From contig JAWKSK010000001.1 in NCBI GenBank assembly GCA_041389145.1, positions 91,668-155,667 of the forward strand: DNA of 64,000 nt, given 5' to 3'. The DNA comes from Patescibacteria group bacterium. Its GTDB lineage: Bacteria; Patescibacteriota; Kazan-3B-28. Below, piece by piece: positions 49,501 through 56,828 of this stretch. Under the pieces are notes generated by a model that worked only from the letters and a program-made list of their open reading frames with translations, was not told the origin of the DNA and made no database searches. A program made the translations under genes and the position numbers. Every line of letters begins with the position of its first letter. Position 1 is the first letter of the stretch.

Positions 49501-49994
49501 CCATAGATGCCGTTGGTGAGACCTTCTTCACGAGTGAAGAGAACACCAGAGGAACGGACCAGCTGAGAAACGATAACACGTTCGACACCATTGATAATGA
49601 AGGTGCCGGAAGTGGTCATAACTGGAAGATCACCAAGGAATACATCTTGTTCCTTGATTTCACCGGTATTTTTATTCACCAAACGCAGCTTAACTCTTAA
49701 GCTGGCTTCGTAGGTTGCATATCTATCACGGGATTCTTGCTCGGTAAGCTTTGGTTCTTCGAAGTAGTAGTCAACGAAGTGGAGTTCCAAGTTCTTACCA
49801 GTTAAGTCTTCAATTGGACTAATCTCATCGAAGACTTCTCTAAGACCTTCACGGATAAAGCGATCGTAAGACCGGCGCTGGAGAGAGTTCAACTCTGGTA
49901 GCGCAGGAACTTTTCTACTATCGCTATACCATTTATCTTTGTATTGGTCGTTTTCGGTTATTAAAGTAAGGGGCTCGATTGTTTTTTTTGCCAT
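46566..49994 (-). CDS. rpoB: DNA-directed RNA polymerase subunit beta
   Basis: 1142 aa. Contains GSSQLSQFMDQTNPL, RLSAMGPGGL and GGQRFGEMEVWALE. Confidence 0.98.
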   Translation of the reverse strand: MAKKTIEPLTLITENDQYKDKWYSDSRKVPALPELNSLQRRSYDRFIREGLREVFDEISPIEDLTGKNLELHFVDYYFEEPKLTEQESRDRYATYEASLRVKLRLVNKNTGEIKEQDVFLGDLPVMTTSGTFIINGVERVIVSQLVRSSGVLFTREEGLTNGIYGCKIIPDRGVWLEVETSSKGVIAVKIDRKRKTLITTLLRAYGLSSDSDLMQAFADVDNDPKHSFIKNTIDKDPTKSTDQALLEVYKKIRPGDLATVDNARTLFVNTFQNFRRYDLGAVGRYKINKRLKQDVKNDRNHRTLSLEDLVAITKQIISLNNDGGLADDVDHLKNRRVKSVGELMQNKFRTGLLRVERIVKDRMSVSEIATLTPAQLINARPISAIMQEFFGSSQLSQFMDQTNPLAELEHKRRLSAMGPGGLSRERAGFDVRDVHTSHYGRICPIQTPEGQNIGLVGHLASYAKVNDYGFIETPYRRIDSLALNDGKAAIGHTLFKDIIDPATKKPVATAGTKVDDKLAAKLSKIKGIDELPIKTVVTKSIEYLDAHLEEDLTIAQADIPVDDAGHVLSEQVSARQAGEPTQVSVGRTSYADVSPKQIVSVTTSLIPFVEHDDAKRALMGSNMQRQAVPLVKPQVPIVGTGMEYDAAVGSGWVITAPEDGTVKYVDSSRIEFLPKNAKKPITFTLTKFVRSNHETNLNQTPLVNTGDVLKKGDPMTDGPGIKNARLALGSNLRVAFMTWGGSNYEDAIIISDRLVKDDAFTSIHIKREEIDVRDTKLGPEVTTRDIPNVGEDAVADLDEDGVIRLGAKVKSNDILVGKITPKGETELTSEERLLRAIFGEKVKDVKDTSLRMPHGGYGKVIGVKVFDSNKGDKLEVGVLKKIYVYIAQMRKISVGDKLAGRHGNKGVVAKIVPQSDMPYTADGTPVDIILNPLGVISRMNLGQILETHLGWAAGTLGFNAVNPVFEGIDIPGIVSELNAAKLPDTGKIQLYDGKTGEAFGQTTTVGVIYMLKLAHMVDDKIHARSIGPYALVTQQPLGGKAQLGGQRFGEMEVWALEGYGAAHTLEEMLTIKSDDVQGRARTYESIIKGEKIQKPQSPEAFNVMVKELQGLGLNVEVVDNPEALKKPIGDSAPEKSNKHSKN

Positions 49995-50095
49995 ATAAAA
50001 TATTTCCTTTTGATAGGTGGAATATCAAAAAGTGGTGATTCCGACCGACTTTAAAGCTGGTTTAATATAGTGATTTGAACCTAAATTGTTCGATT

Positions 50096-50113
50096 CGTCA
50101 AGAGCTCTTGACG
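50096..50113. promoter_or_regulatory. Perfect 18-bp palindrome in the rpoB leader
   Basis: cgtcaagagctcttgacg is its own reverse complement. It lies ~100 nt upstream of the rpoB ATG, downstream of the putative promoter at 50120-50162. Confidence 0.4.
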
Positions 50114-50161
50114 GGCTTATCGCATTGTATATCTTTGGTCAATACAATTGCAACACTTTTT

Positions 50162-50207
50162 TAAAATAAAAAAATACCCCCATCTTGACCTGAGTCTCGA
50201 TGGGGGT
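50162..50207 (-). terminator. Rho-independent terminator after ORF 50232..50714
   Basis: 9-bp stem acccccatc/gatgggggt (50176-50184 / 50199-50207), followed on the minus strand by atttttttatttt. Confidence 0.65.
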
Positions 50208-50231
50208 GCAGATATTGGACTGGGAGGACAC

Positions 50232-50714
50232 CTAGGCATTCTCCTTTCTAGAAGGTGAAAGAACCGGATGCGCATCCGCTATCCTTTTCTCTAACTCGAT
50301 AGAACGAGTCACGAGCTGTTGAGCTTCCTTTTGCAGACGCTGTACTGCAGAAGCATCTCTGGCACGTACCTCTTCGGTTCGATACCTGAGAGTAGCGGCG
50401 ATTGAATTGGATGCTCGTTCGAGCTGGTCTACCCTTCTTTCCAGTCTTCTCTGCTGGATTCGGCGAGCAACCAGTTCTCTTCTCTCCTTCAATCGAATCC
50501 ACCAGTAGATGGCTGAAAGAATGGAGATAAAGCCATCCCATACCATCTTGGGTGAGATACTGAGCGTAATCCACCAGAACAGAACGTGAAGCGGCAATGC
50601 AAGTTGGCTATCGACCAGCGCATCCTCCTCGTTTCTTGCCATAATCCAGCACGACTCCACCAGAATTCCAAGGACTAGATACATGAATATGAATTCTACT
50701 ACCGTGAAACTCAT
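50232..50714 (-). CDS. Hypothetical membrane protein (3 TM helices plus an Arg/Glu-rich coiled coil)
   Basis: 160 aa with TM helices in the first 85 aa, followed by RRELVARRIQQRRLERRVDQLERA...QRLQKEAQQLVTRSIELEKRI. Its start overlaps the stop of the upstream gene (ATGA). Confidence 0.55.
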   Translation of the reverse strand: MSFTVVEFIFMYLVLGILVESCWIMARNEEDALVDSQLALPLHVLFWWITLSISPKMVWDGFISILSAIYWWIRLKERRELVARRIQQRRLERRVDQLERASNSIAATLRYRTEEVRARDASAVQRLQKEAQQLVTRSIELEKRIADAHPVLSPSRKENA

Positions 50715-51409
50715 AGATCTCCTCCGATGGTCAGCATCATGGTTTGGGTACAGTCGACTTCTGCATCAATTGACTCTACTCGGACAATTCTTCCGAACTT
50801 ACTAAGTAGACCAACGCCGATGTGATCGTAAACCTGAAAGAGATATTCGTCCCATGCTGACTGATTCTGGTAATCAGCAAGCCGCAGCTCGCTAGATTCA
50901 TCGTAATACTCTGTTGCTAGTCTGGTGACTTCTTTCTCAAACTCACTTGCCAAGGGTTTCCAGCCACCATCAGGCTCCATGACAGAGCCGTTATAAACAA
51001 GCTCTGATGCGATCTGGTCGACTTGCTGTGTTGCCTCATACTTAATCACCAGATTAACCGAATAGAGACGAGATCCTTCCTTGTACTCTGATGTGCTCCA
51101 TTTAGCAACTAGTTCCTGGCTAGTTGATGGCCAGTATACGACGTAGGTCCATGGGGCTATCCATTGGATTCCCGGTTTCAGATATTCTGCCGTAAGCACC
51201 TTGCCTCCCTGCGTTTGAATTCCAGAATATCCGTCTGGAACCAGACGGATTCCTGCAAGGCCGAACAAGAGAATACTGGCAAGACAAGCATATGCTGCCC
51301 ACGTGCCGTAATCCACCCTAGTGTCGTTATCGCTCGTAGCACGTGAGTATATGATCAAGCCGATAGTTGCAATGAGCCCTATCGCACATAAATGCAGTAG
51401 CATGTTCAA
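50711..51409 (-). CDS. Membrane protein, weakly SPFH/band-7-like
   Basis: 232 aa with 2 N-terminal TM helices. IRLVPDGYSGIQTQGGKVLTAEYLKPGIQWIAPW resembles the start of SPFH domains. Confidence 0.4.
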   Translation of the reverse strand: MNMLLHLCAIGLIATIGLIIYSRATSDNDTRVDYGTWAAYACLASILLFGLAGIRLVPDGYSGIQTQGGKVLTAEYLKPGIQWIAPWTYVVYWPSTSQELVAKWSTSEYKEGSRLYSVNLVIKYEATQQVDQIASELVYNGSVMEPDGGWKPLASEFEKEVTRLATEYYDESSELRLADYQNQSAWDEYLFQVYDHIGVGLLSKFGRIVRVESIDAEVDCTQTMMLTIGGDL

Positions 51410-51483
51410 ACAACCTCCTACCTGTGAAGTTACAATAAGTTCGTTGATATTCTATGTAATTATTGGTTCCTGGTCAATAAAAA

Positions 51484-52301
51484 TTAGTTAACCAAGAATG
51501 ATTCAGTAGAGATAGTGCTTCCATCCACCATGATTTCTACTTCGTATGCCCCACTGGCCCATAATTTATCGGACCACAGGATATTAAAGCGGGATAAAGG
51601 TAAGTCAAAGAGGATAAACTCTTCCTGTCCTGCAGTGGCGGTGAAGTTATTAACCACTAGGTTTTGTTTTAGATATCTAACCCTAGCTTCTACTCTGGTT
51701 CCTGGTTGAGAACCATTAAGGTTGATTTGGGTATAGATATGGTCGGTATTTCTAGCAAATGAGGATTGAGAGGTTTTGATTTGCTTATTGTTTGATAGCT
51801 GGCTACCAAAGGCAACCGAGCTGACCTTAGCACTGTTGTTGATGTTATCTGCTTCACTGTCAGTGACTACCTTAAAGAAACGACTATCTACTCGTTTGCC
51901 ATTTAGGTATACATCAGCTTTATATTCCCCTTGTTCCCAGCCTATCCCCTCTCGATTAATCTGAGAGGCAAAGTAGCTACCAGTTACTGATTTGTCGAAG
52001 TTAAAAAGATCCCCATTTCCACGGGTACCATCAAAAGACTGGGTGGCAATAATCCCAGTGTCTAATTTAGACCAAGCTACTTTTACTTCAGTATTAGCGG
52101 TAGGGCTCACTACCCTTCCGGAGAGGTAGATGGTTTGGGCACTAGATGGAACGGCTTCGATTTCAGTTTGAACGCGATTATCTGGATTAATTCCCACCCC
52201 AATAGCAATGTGATCAACATTACTGGGATTGGAATTACCGCAACTAGCAGCGGTTAGAAAGAGTGCAAGAATTGGAATGAGTTTCCCCGAGCAAAGTTCA
52301 T
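51484..52301 (-). CDS. Lipoprotein (hypothetical) with a 1-nt frameshift in the signal-peptide region
   Basis: The ATG at 52301 has RBS aaggag 8 nt upstream and reads MNFARG. After the G4A3 run (52282-52288) the +1 frame reads KLIPILALFLTAASCGNS (lipobox LTAAS|C) and continues into ORF 51484..52197. Confidence 0.65.
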
Positions 52302-52305
52302 AGAT

Positions 52306-53175
52306 TCATCTCCTTAAAGCTTTAATGCGTTCGCTAGTTGGTGGATGGGTAGAAAACAAACTAGCCATCTTTACTTTAGTGAAAGGATTGGCAATAAACA
52401 AATGAGCAGTAGCTCGATTAGCCTTTTTAAGGGGAATATGGGCTTGTTCTATTTTCTCTAGGGCAGAGGCAAGGCCTTCTGGGTAACGAGTCAATAAAGA
52501 ACCAGAAGCATCGGCTAGGAATTCACGTTTTCTAGAAACTGCTAATTGAATAAGTTGGGCAAATAGTGGGGAGAGAATGATAAAGACCAAGGCTAAAATT
52601 GCCATTGGGTTGTTCTTATGATTCTCACCAGATGATCTAAATAAATTAGTGCGAACAAACATATCACCAAGCAAGGTGATAGCACCCACTAGGGTAACTA
52701 CAATAGTGGATAGCAGAATGTCATAGTTTTTGACATGAGAGAGTTCGTGGGCGATAACACCTTCCATCTCACTTTTATCCAATAGGGTCATTAGGCCAGT
52801 GGTGACGGTGACAGTTGCATGCTTTGGATCTCTGCCAGTGGCGAAGGCGTTTGGTGATGGATCATCTATTACATAAACTCTGGGGGCAGGAAGACCTGCG
52901 GTGATAGCCAAGTTATCTACTAGGTTTATTAATTGTCGTTCTTCGATGTGAACGTCTTTTTTTGCAGGTCTAGCACCAGTTGCTCGCAGGGCAATGGAAT
53001 CACTGTAAAAGTAACTAAACCAATTCATGAACACACTAAAGATGACTGCAAACCACAAAATAGATTGGTCATTGAGATAGTAACTAAGAGAAAGGCCTAA
53101 CAGGACAAAGAAGGTGAAAAATATCACCATCAGAAAGATAGTCCGATTGCGATTAGCTGCAATGTGGTTGTACAT
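52306..53175 (-). CDS. htpX: Zinc metalloprotease HtpX (peptidase M48)
   Basis: 289 aa with 4 TM helices and the HELSHVKNYD (HExxH) motif. Confidence 0.9.
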   Translation of the reverse strand: MYNHIAANRNRTIFLMVIFFTFFVLLGLSLSYYLNDQSILWFAVIFSVFMNWFSYFYSDSIALRATGARPAKKDVHIEERQLINLVDNLAITAGLPAPRVYVIDDPSPNAFATGRDPKHATVTVTTGLMTLLDKSEMEGVIAHELSHVKNYDILLSTIVVTLVGAITLLGDMFVRTNLFRSSGENHKNNPMAILALVFIILSPLFAQLIQLAVSRKREFLADASGSLLTRYPEGLASALEKIEQAHIPLKKANRATAHLFIANPFTKVKMASLFSTHPPTSERIKALRR

Positions 53176-53185
53176 CCTTAGTTAA

Positions 53186-53836
53186 TTACTGTTGGTCCTG
53201 GTCTTCTTGCATTGGTTCAGGTTCCATGGCCGGCTTTTCTTCAGCTGGCATTTGATTGTGCATTGGAGCAGCTGGAGTGTTGGTGGAGAAATCAACGTTT
53301 GGAACTTCCTTTTCCTTGATGTCTTCTAGTTCAAAGAGTTCACGCTTGGTGAAGTTGAATTGAGCTGCAAACATGTTGGTTGGGAAGGTTTCACGACGAA
53401 TGTTGTAGTCGCGAACGTTGGTGTTGTAGAAACGACGAGCTGCCATGACTTTGTTTTCAGTATCGGAAAGTTCTTCCTGCAAGGCTAAGAAGTTTTGGTT
53501 AGCTTTAAGCTCTGGGTAGTTTTCGGCAACTGCGAAGAGACTACGAAGGGTAGAGCTAAGCATGTTTTCGGCTTGAGCTTTTTGTTGCATGTCACCTTGT
53601 CCTGCAGCAACTGCGTTGCTACGAGCTTCGGTTACGCGAGTGAAGAGATCGTTTTCATGTTGAGCATAACCCTTAACAGTGTTTACCAAGTTAGGGATTA
53701 GGTCGTGACGACGCTTTAATTGAACATCAATATCGGAAGCGGATTCATCGACCCGGTTCTTAAGAATTACTAGGCTATTGAACATGCTGATTAGCCAGAT
53801 GGCAATCAAGGCTACGATGATTAAGAAGATCCACAT
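53186..53836 (-). CDS. lemA: LemA family protein
   Basis: 216 aa with an N-terminal TM helix. Contains DVQLKRRHDLIPNLVNTVKGYAQHE...RRFYNTNVRDYN. Confidence 0.88.
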   Translation of the reverse strand: MWIFLIIVALIAIWLISMFNSLVILKNRVDESASDIDVQLKRRHDLIPNLVNTVKGYAQHENDLFTRVTEARSNAVAAGQGDMQQKAQAENMLSSTLRSLFAVAENYPELKANQNFLALQEELSDTENKVMAARRFYNTNVRDYNIRRETFPTNMFAAQFNFTKRELFELEDIKEKEVPNVDFSTNTPAAPMHNQMPAEEKPAMEPEPMQEDQDQQ

Positions 53837-53896
53837 AATTTTGCTTTATTAGTCAGTAAAATACGCCGGTATTATATTCCTTTTCAGCTTAAAAAG

Positions 53897-54478
53897 CTAG
53901 TTTGCAAGCTTGAAAGCAACCGGTAACAACAAAATCTTACGCAACTCACTAAAAGTAAGGGCATAACCCCATTCATTTTTCCACCAGCCATTCTTGCGCC
54001 AGGCAGAATCAGTGGCTGAGTGGTTGATAATGGTAACATCTGAACCTAGGTATTTTCTGAAGGTGAGATAGGCACGTTTCTGATGGTATGGAGAGGTGAC
54101 GAGGATAATGGATTTGAGATTGTATTGGTCGGCAATTTCTTGCACAAAGATAGCGTTACCAAAGGTATCTTTGGCTTGTTCTTCTACTACAATATCCGCC
54201 TCATCTGCGCCTAAGCTAATAGCAATTTGTTTCATCGCCTCAGCGTTTGAGACTCCTTCATCTCGGGCAGCACCTGAGAAGATTAGTAGAGGTGCGTAAC
54301 CATCATGGTAGAGCTTTACTGCTTCTTTGGTACGTTCAGTGGTTTCTCCCCCGCTGATGGCAACGATAGCATCAGCTTTGGCAAGTTCATCTTGAGGAGA
54401 TAGATAAAATCCGACACCAAGAGTGGCGGTTAAGTAGATGATAATAATAGCCCCCAGCAGTCTAAGAATCCACTTCAT
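53897..54478 (-). CDS. DUF218 (YdcF/ElyC-like) domain protein
   Basis: 193 aa with an N-terminal TM helix. Contains DAIVAISGG...LLIFSGA...LVTSPYHQKRAYLTF. Confidence 0.75.
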   Translation of the reverse strand: MKWILRLLGAIIIIYLTATLGVGFYLSPQDELAKADAIVAISGGETTERTKEAVKLYHDGYAPLLIFSGAARDEGVSNAEAMKQIAISLGADEADIVVEEQAKDTFGNAIFVQEIADQYNLKSIILVTSPYHQKRAYLTFRKYLGSDVTIINHSATDSAWRKNGWWKNEWGYALTFSELRKILLLPVAFKLAN

Positions 54479-54488
54479 GACAACTGCT

Positions 54489-54890
54489 TTATGGAAGTTT
54501 TAGTTCGTCGCCAACATTGAGGCTATATGGAGGTTTGAGATCGTTGAATTCGGCTAGTTCCTTCCAATCTAGGTTAAGTTCACCAGCAATAATGGAAAGG
54601 GTATCCCCTGGTTTGACGATGTAAGTACCAGAGCTTTTGAAAGTAACTGCTTCACCAGTTTGGCCGGTAGCATCGGTTTCAACTGGTTCTGGTTTTACAC
54701 TGTCGTTACTTGGGTTGATGATACCAATTGGTTTTACAAACATAGTGAATAACATCCCTCTAAAGGCAAAAGCGGTGAAGAATAACCCCAGGAGAATGGA
54801 ATAGAGAACGATAGTAGAAAAGGGATCCTGGCGGAATCTCCGCTTCATTCTGTACCCATATCTTCTAGCTCGATGTTGCATTCTTGTCAT
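54489..54890 (-). CDS. LysM-domain membrane protein
   Basis: 133 aa with a TM helix (IVLYSILLGLFFTAFAF). The C-terminal LysM reads YIVKPGDTLSIIAGELNLDWKELAEFNDLKPPYSLNVGDELKLP. A TATAAT box sits 7 nt before the ATG with no SD. Confidence 0.8.
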   Translation of the reverse strand: MTRMQHRARRYGYRMKRRFRQDPFSTIVLYSILLGLFFTAFAFRGMLFTMFVKPIGIINPSNDSVKPEPVETDATGQTGEAVTFKSSGTYIVKPGDTLSIIAGELNLDWKELAEFNDLKPPYSLNVGDELKLP

Positions 54891-54927
54891 ATTGACTATT
54901 ATACCTGATTCTCATAGTATTCAACTG

Positions 54928-55096
54928 GATTTTTGGTACAGTCTCGAAGAGAACATCCGTGACACACGTGTCACATTCCTCCACCTGACTATAGTAACGA
55001 ATCAAGAACCCGCATCGCTTTGGCTGTAGGCGGGGACAGTACCTTAGTACCAACAATCCATTCCTCACCCCTTTCGGGGGGTGGGGTTTTTCTTTT
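54928..55096 (+). ncRNA. Candidate small RNA (unassigned) between a sigma70-like promoter and a plus-strand intrinsic terminator
   Basis: TTGACT (54893-54898), 17 nt, then TAGTAT (54916-21). The terminator stem cacccc/ggggtg (55066-55083) is followed by tttttctttt. There is no plus-strand ORF. Internal hairpins are gtgaca-cacg-tgtcac and cccgc-N16-gcggg. Confidence 0.25.
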
Positions 55097-55099
55097 ATC

Positions 55100-55122
55100 A
55101 ATAAAACTCCTTTGCAGGAGCT
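55100..55122 (-). terminator. Terminator after tRNA-Leu(TAA)
   Basis: Minus strand reads gctcctgcaaaggag followed by ttttattg. Confidence 0.5.
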
Positions 55123-55129
55123 TTATTAT

Positions 55130-55218
55130 TGGTGGGTAGGGCGGGACTCGAACCCGCAAGCCATATTACTGGCAAGAGATTTTAAGTCTCTCGTGTATAC
55201 CAATTCCACCACCTACCC
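55130..55218 (-). tRNA. tRNA-Leu (anticodon TAA), long variable arm, CCA encoded
   Basis: Minus strand reads GGGTAGGTGGTGGAATTGGTATACACGAGAGACTTAAAATCTCTTGCCAGTAATATGGCTTGCGGGTTCGAGTCCCGCCCTACCCACCA. Anticodon loop is CTTAAAA. Confidence 0.9.
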
Positions 55219-55224
55219 AAATTG

Positions 55225-55770
55225 TTACTTTATTTTTGCCAGAACAGTATCTATGTTCTGATGCAATTGTTCAAGTGTTGAATCGTTTTCGATAGTATAA
55301 TCTGCAAGCGGTAAAATGTCATCTATACGTTGTCCGGTGGCAGCACCTTTGCGAGTGATTTGTTCTTGAACTTGGAATTGCTGAAAAGTCATCTCTGCTT
55401 CGTTGCCACGGGCTCTTTCTAATGCACGTTGATACCGAAGCATTACAGGCGCATCTACAGCAATGAGCACAAAGTTATCTGCTTGCTTGAATGGTTCTAG
55501 TTCGGCAGGATTTCTAAGACTGGTAACGATTAAGTTTTGACCTCTATATTTTTCTACGCCAAGAGTGGAAATATATTCATTTCCGTGCTTGTTACGAAGT
55601 TCAATGGCAATCTTGTTTAGGGTTTCGTTATTAGTATCTTGTCCCCTACTCTTGGCAATTTCTCGGAGTTGATCTGAAAGCGAAAAAGTTGGCCACCCAG
55701 TTTGGTCTACAAGGTATTTTGCGACTGTATCTTTTCCAGAATTAGCAGTACCTACAACACCGATGATCAT
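55225..55770 (-). CDS. P-loop nucleotide/dephospho-CoA-kinase-like protein
   Basis: 181 aa with Walker A VVGTANSGKDTV. Size and layout fit small NMP-kinase-fold proteins. The substrate is unknown. Confidence 0.5.
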   Translation of the reverse strand: MIIGVVGTANSGKDTVAKYLVDQTGWPTFSLSDQLREIAKSRGQDTNNETLNKIAIELRNKHGNEYISTLGVEKYRGQNLIVTSLRNPAELEPFKQADNFVLIAVDAPVMLRYQRALERARGNEAEMTFQQFQVQEQITRKGAATGQRIDDILPLADYTIENDSTLEQLHQNIDTVLAKIK

Positions 55771-55814
55771 GTAGGTATTATAAACAATCCATTTAGAAAA
55801 TCCTAAATGGTGAT

Positions 55815-55901
55815 TGGTGGGCGAGAGAGGATTTGAACCTCCACGGGATTAACTCCCACTGCGACCTGAACGCAGCGCGTCTACCGTTCCGCCACCCGCC
55901 C
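55815..55901 (-). tRNA. tRNA-Leu (anticodon CAG), CCA encoded
   Basis: Minus strand reads GGGCGGGTGGCGGAACGGTAGACGCGCTGCGTTCAGGTCGCAGTGGGAGTTAATCCCGTGGAGGTTCAAATCCTCTCTCGCCCACCA. Anticodon loop is TTCAGGT. Confidence 0.9.
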
Positions 55902-55908
55902 AGGGTAT

Positions 55909-55982
55909 TGGAGGCGCAAGGCGGAATTGAACCGCCGTACGGGGTTTTGCAGACCCCTGCCTAACCACTCGGCCATTGCGCC
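55909..55982 (-). tRNA. tRNA-Cys (anticodon GCA), CCA encoded
   Basis: Minus strand reads GGCGCAATGGCCGAGTGGTTAGGCAGGGGTCTGCAAAACCCCGTACGGCGGTTCAATTCCGCCTTGCGCCTCCA. Confidence 0.9.
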
Positions 55983-56030
55983 AGAAGCTAGAAGAAGTTC
56001 TAGCTCTTTATACTTTAGAATAGATTGAGT

Positions 56031-56615
56031 TTAGTTGGAAACAGGGACCTTAGGAATAGCTTTAAAATCCTGTTCCGAACGACTGTCAGTAGGACCAGTT
56101 TGGCCTTGGTATTTACCAACTCCGGGAGTTCCGTATGGACGCTCTGCGGGTTCGGTTAAGGCATGGAATGACAGCTGACCAATCCGCATGCCAGGATACA
56201 GTCTAATAGGGAGATTAGCAATATCGCTCATCTCAAGAGTGATCTGTCCGGAAAAGCCTGGGTCAATGTAGCCAGCGGTGGCATGAACAATGAGTCCAAG
56301 GCGACCAAGGGAGCTCTTCCCTTCTAAACGAGCTACAGTGTCGGCTGGGAGAGTGACATGTTCTAATGTAGTACCGAGCAAGAATTCACCTGGATGAATC
56401 ACAATTCCCTCTTCTCCGACTTTAATTTCTTCGCTCAGATGATCCATGGTCTTTGGATCGATACAGGTGGAGGTATGATTTCTAAAGATTCGGAAGGTAT
56501 CTCCGAGTCTGACGTCGATACTAGAAGGCTGAACTAGCTCTTCTGAGTATGGGAGAATCTTAATATCACCATTGGCGATAGCTCTTTTAATCGAACGATC
56601 CGAGAATACTGACAT
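56031..56615 (-). CDS. dcd: dCTP deaminase
   Basis: 194 aa. Begins MSVFSDRSIKRAIANGDIKILPY, then PSSIDVRLG and GLIVHATAGYIDPGFSGQITLEM. Confidence 0.9.
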   Translation of the reverse strand: MSVFSDRSIKRAIANGDIKILPYSEELVQPSSIDVRLGDTFRIFRNHTSTCIDPKTMDHLSEEIKVGEEGIVIHPGEFLLGTTLEHVTLPADTVARLEGKSSLGRLGLIVHATAGYIDPGFSGQITLEMSDIANLPIRLYPGMRIGQLSFHALTEPAERPYGTPGVGKYQGQTGPTDSRSEQDFKAIPKVPVSN

Positions 56616-56670
56616 AGGTTTGGTTGATTAATGGTTTAATATCTCCCCCGTATTTAGAAATATTGTAGCA

Positions 56671-56694
56671 CGAAAAAACACCCGGGTGGGTGTT
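56671..56694 (-). terminator. Terminator after tRNA-Gly, followed by a TGcTACAAT extended -10 for dcd
   Basis: Stem aacaccc/gggtgtt followed on the minus strand by tttttcg, then gtgctacaat. Confidence 0.55.
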
Positions 56695-56699
56695 TGAGC

Positions 56700-56775
56700 T
56701 GGAGCGGCAGACCGGACTCAAACCGGCGACCTCTTCCTTGGCAAGGAAGCGTTCTATCAGCTGAACTACTGCCGC
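56700..56775 (-). tRNA. tRNA-Gly (anticodon GCC), CCA encoded
   Basis: Minus strand reads GCGGCAGTAGTTCAGCTGATAGAACGCTTCCTTGCCAAGGAAGAGGTCGCCGGTTTGAGTCCGGTCTGCCGCTCCA. Confidence 0.9.
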
Positions 56776-56828
56776 ATAAATAAATGCCACCATATAGTAG
56801 CGGTTATTGGTTCCTAGTTCAACTATTT

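Noticed and set aside
54900-55100. Tried to read this spacer as an SRP (4.5S) RNA or as a c-di-AMP (ydaO-type) riboswitch leader of the LysM gene
   Set aside because: The GUCAGGU...GGAA-like string on the minus strand does not form the helix-8 GNRA hairpin or the AGCA loop of SRP RNA. I could not find the ydaO hallmarks (ACGGGGA, CCGAAUCC). The LysM gene also has a -10 box only 7 nt from its ATG, leaving no room for a long leader. An Infernal scan is still needed.
54865-55101. 78-aa minus-strand ORF spanning the LysM-tRNA-Leu spacer
   Set aside because: It has no RBS, runs through two terminator hairpins and overlaps the LysM start. Its sequence is Arg/Cys-rich with no coding signature. The region is better explained as non-coding.
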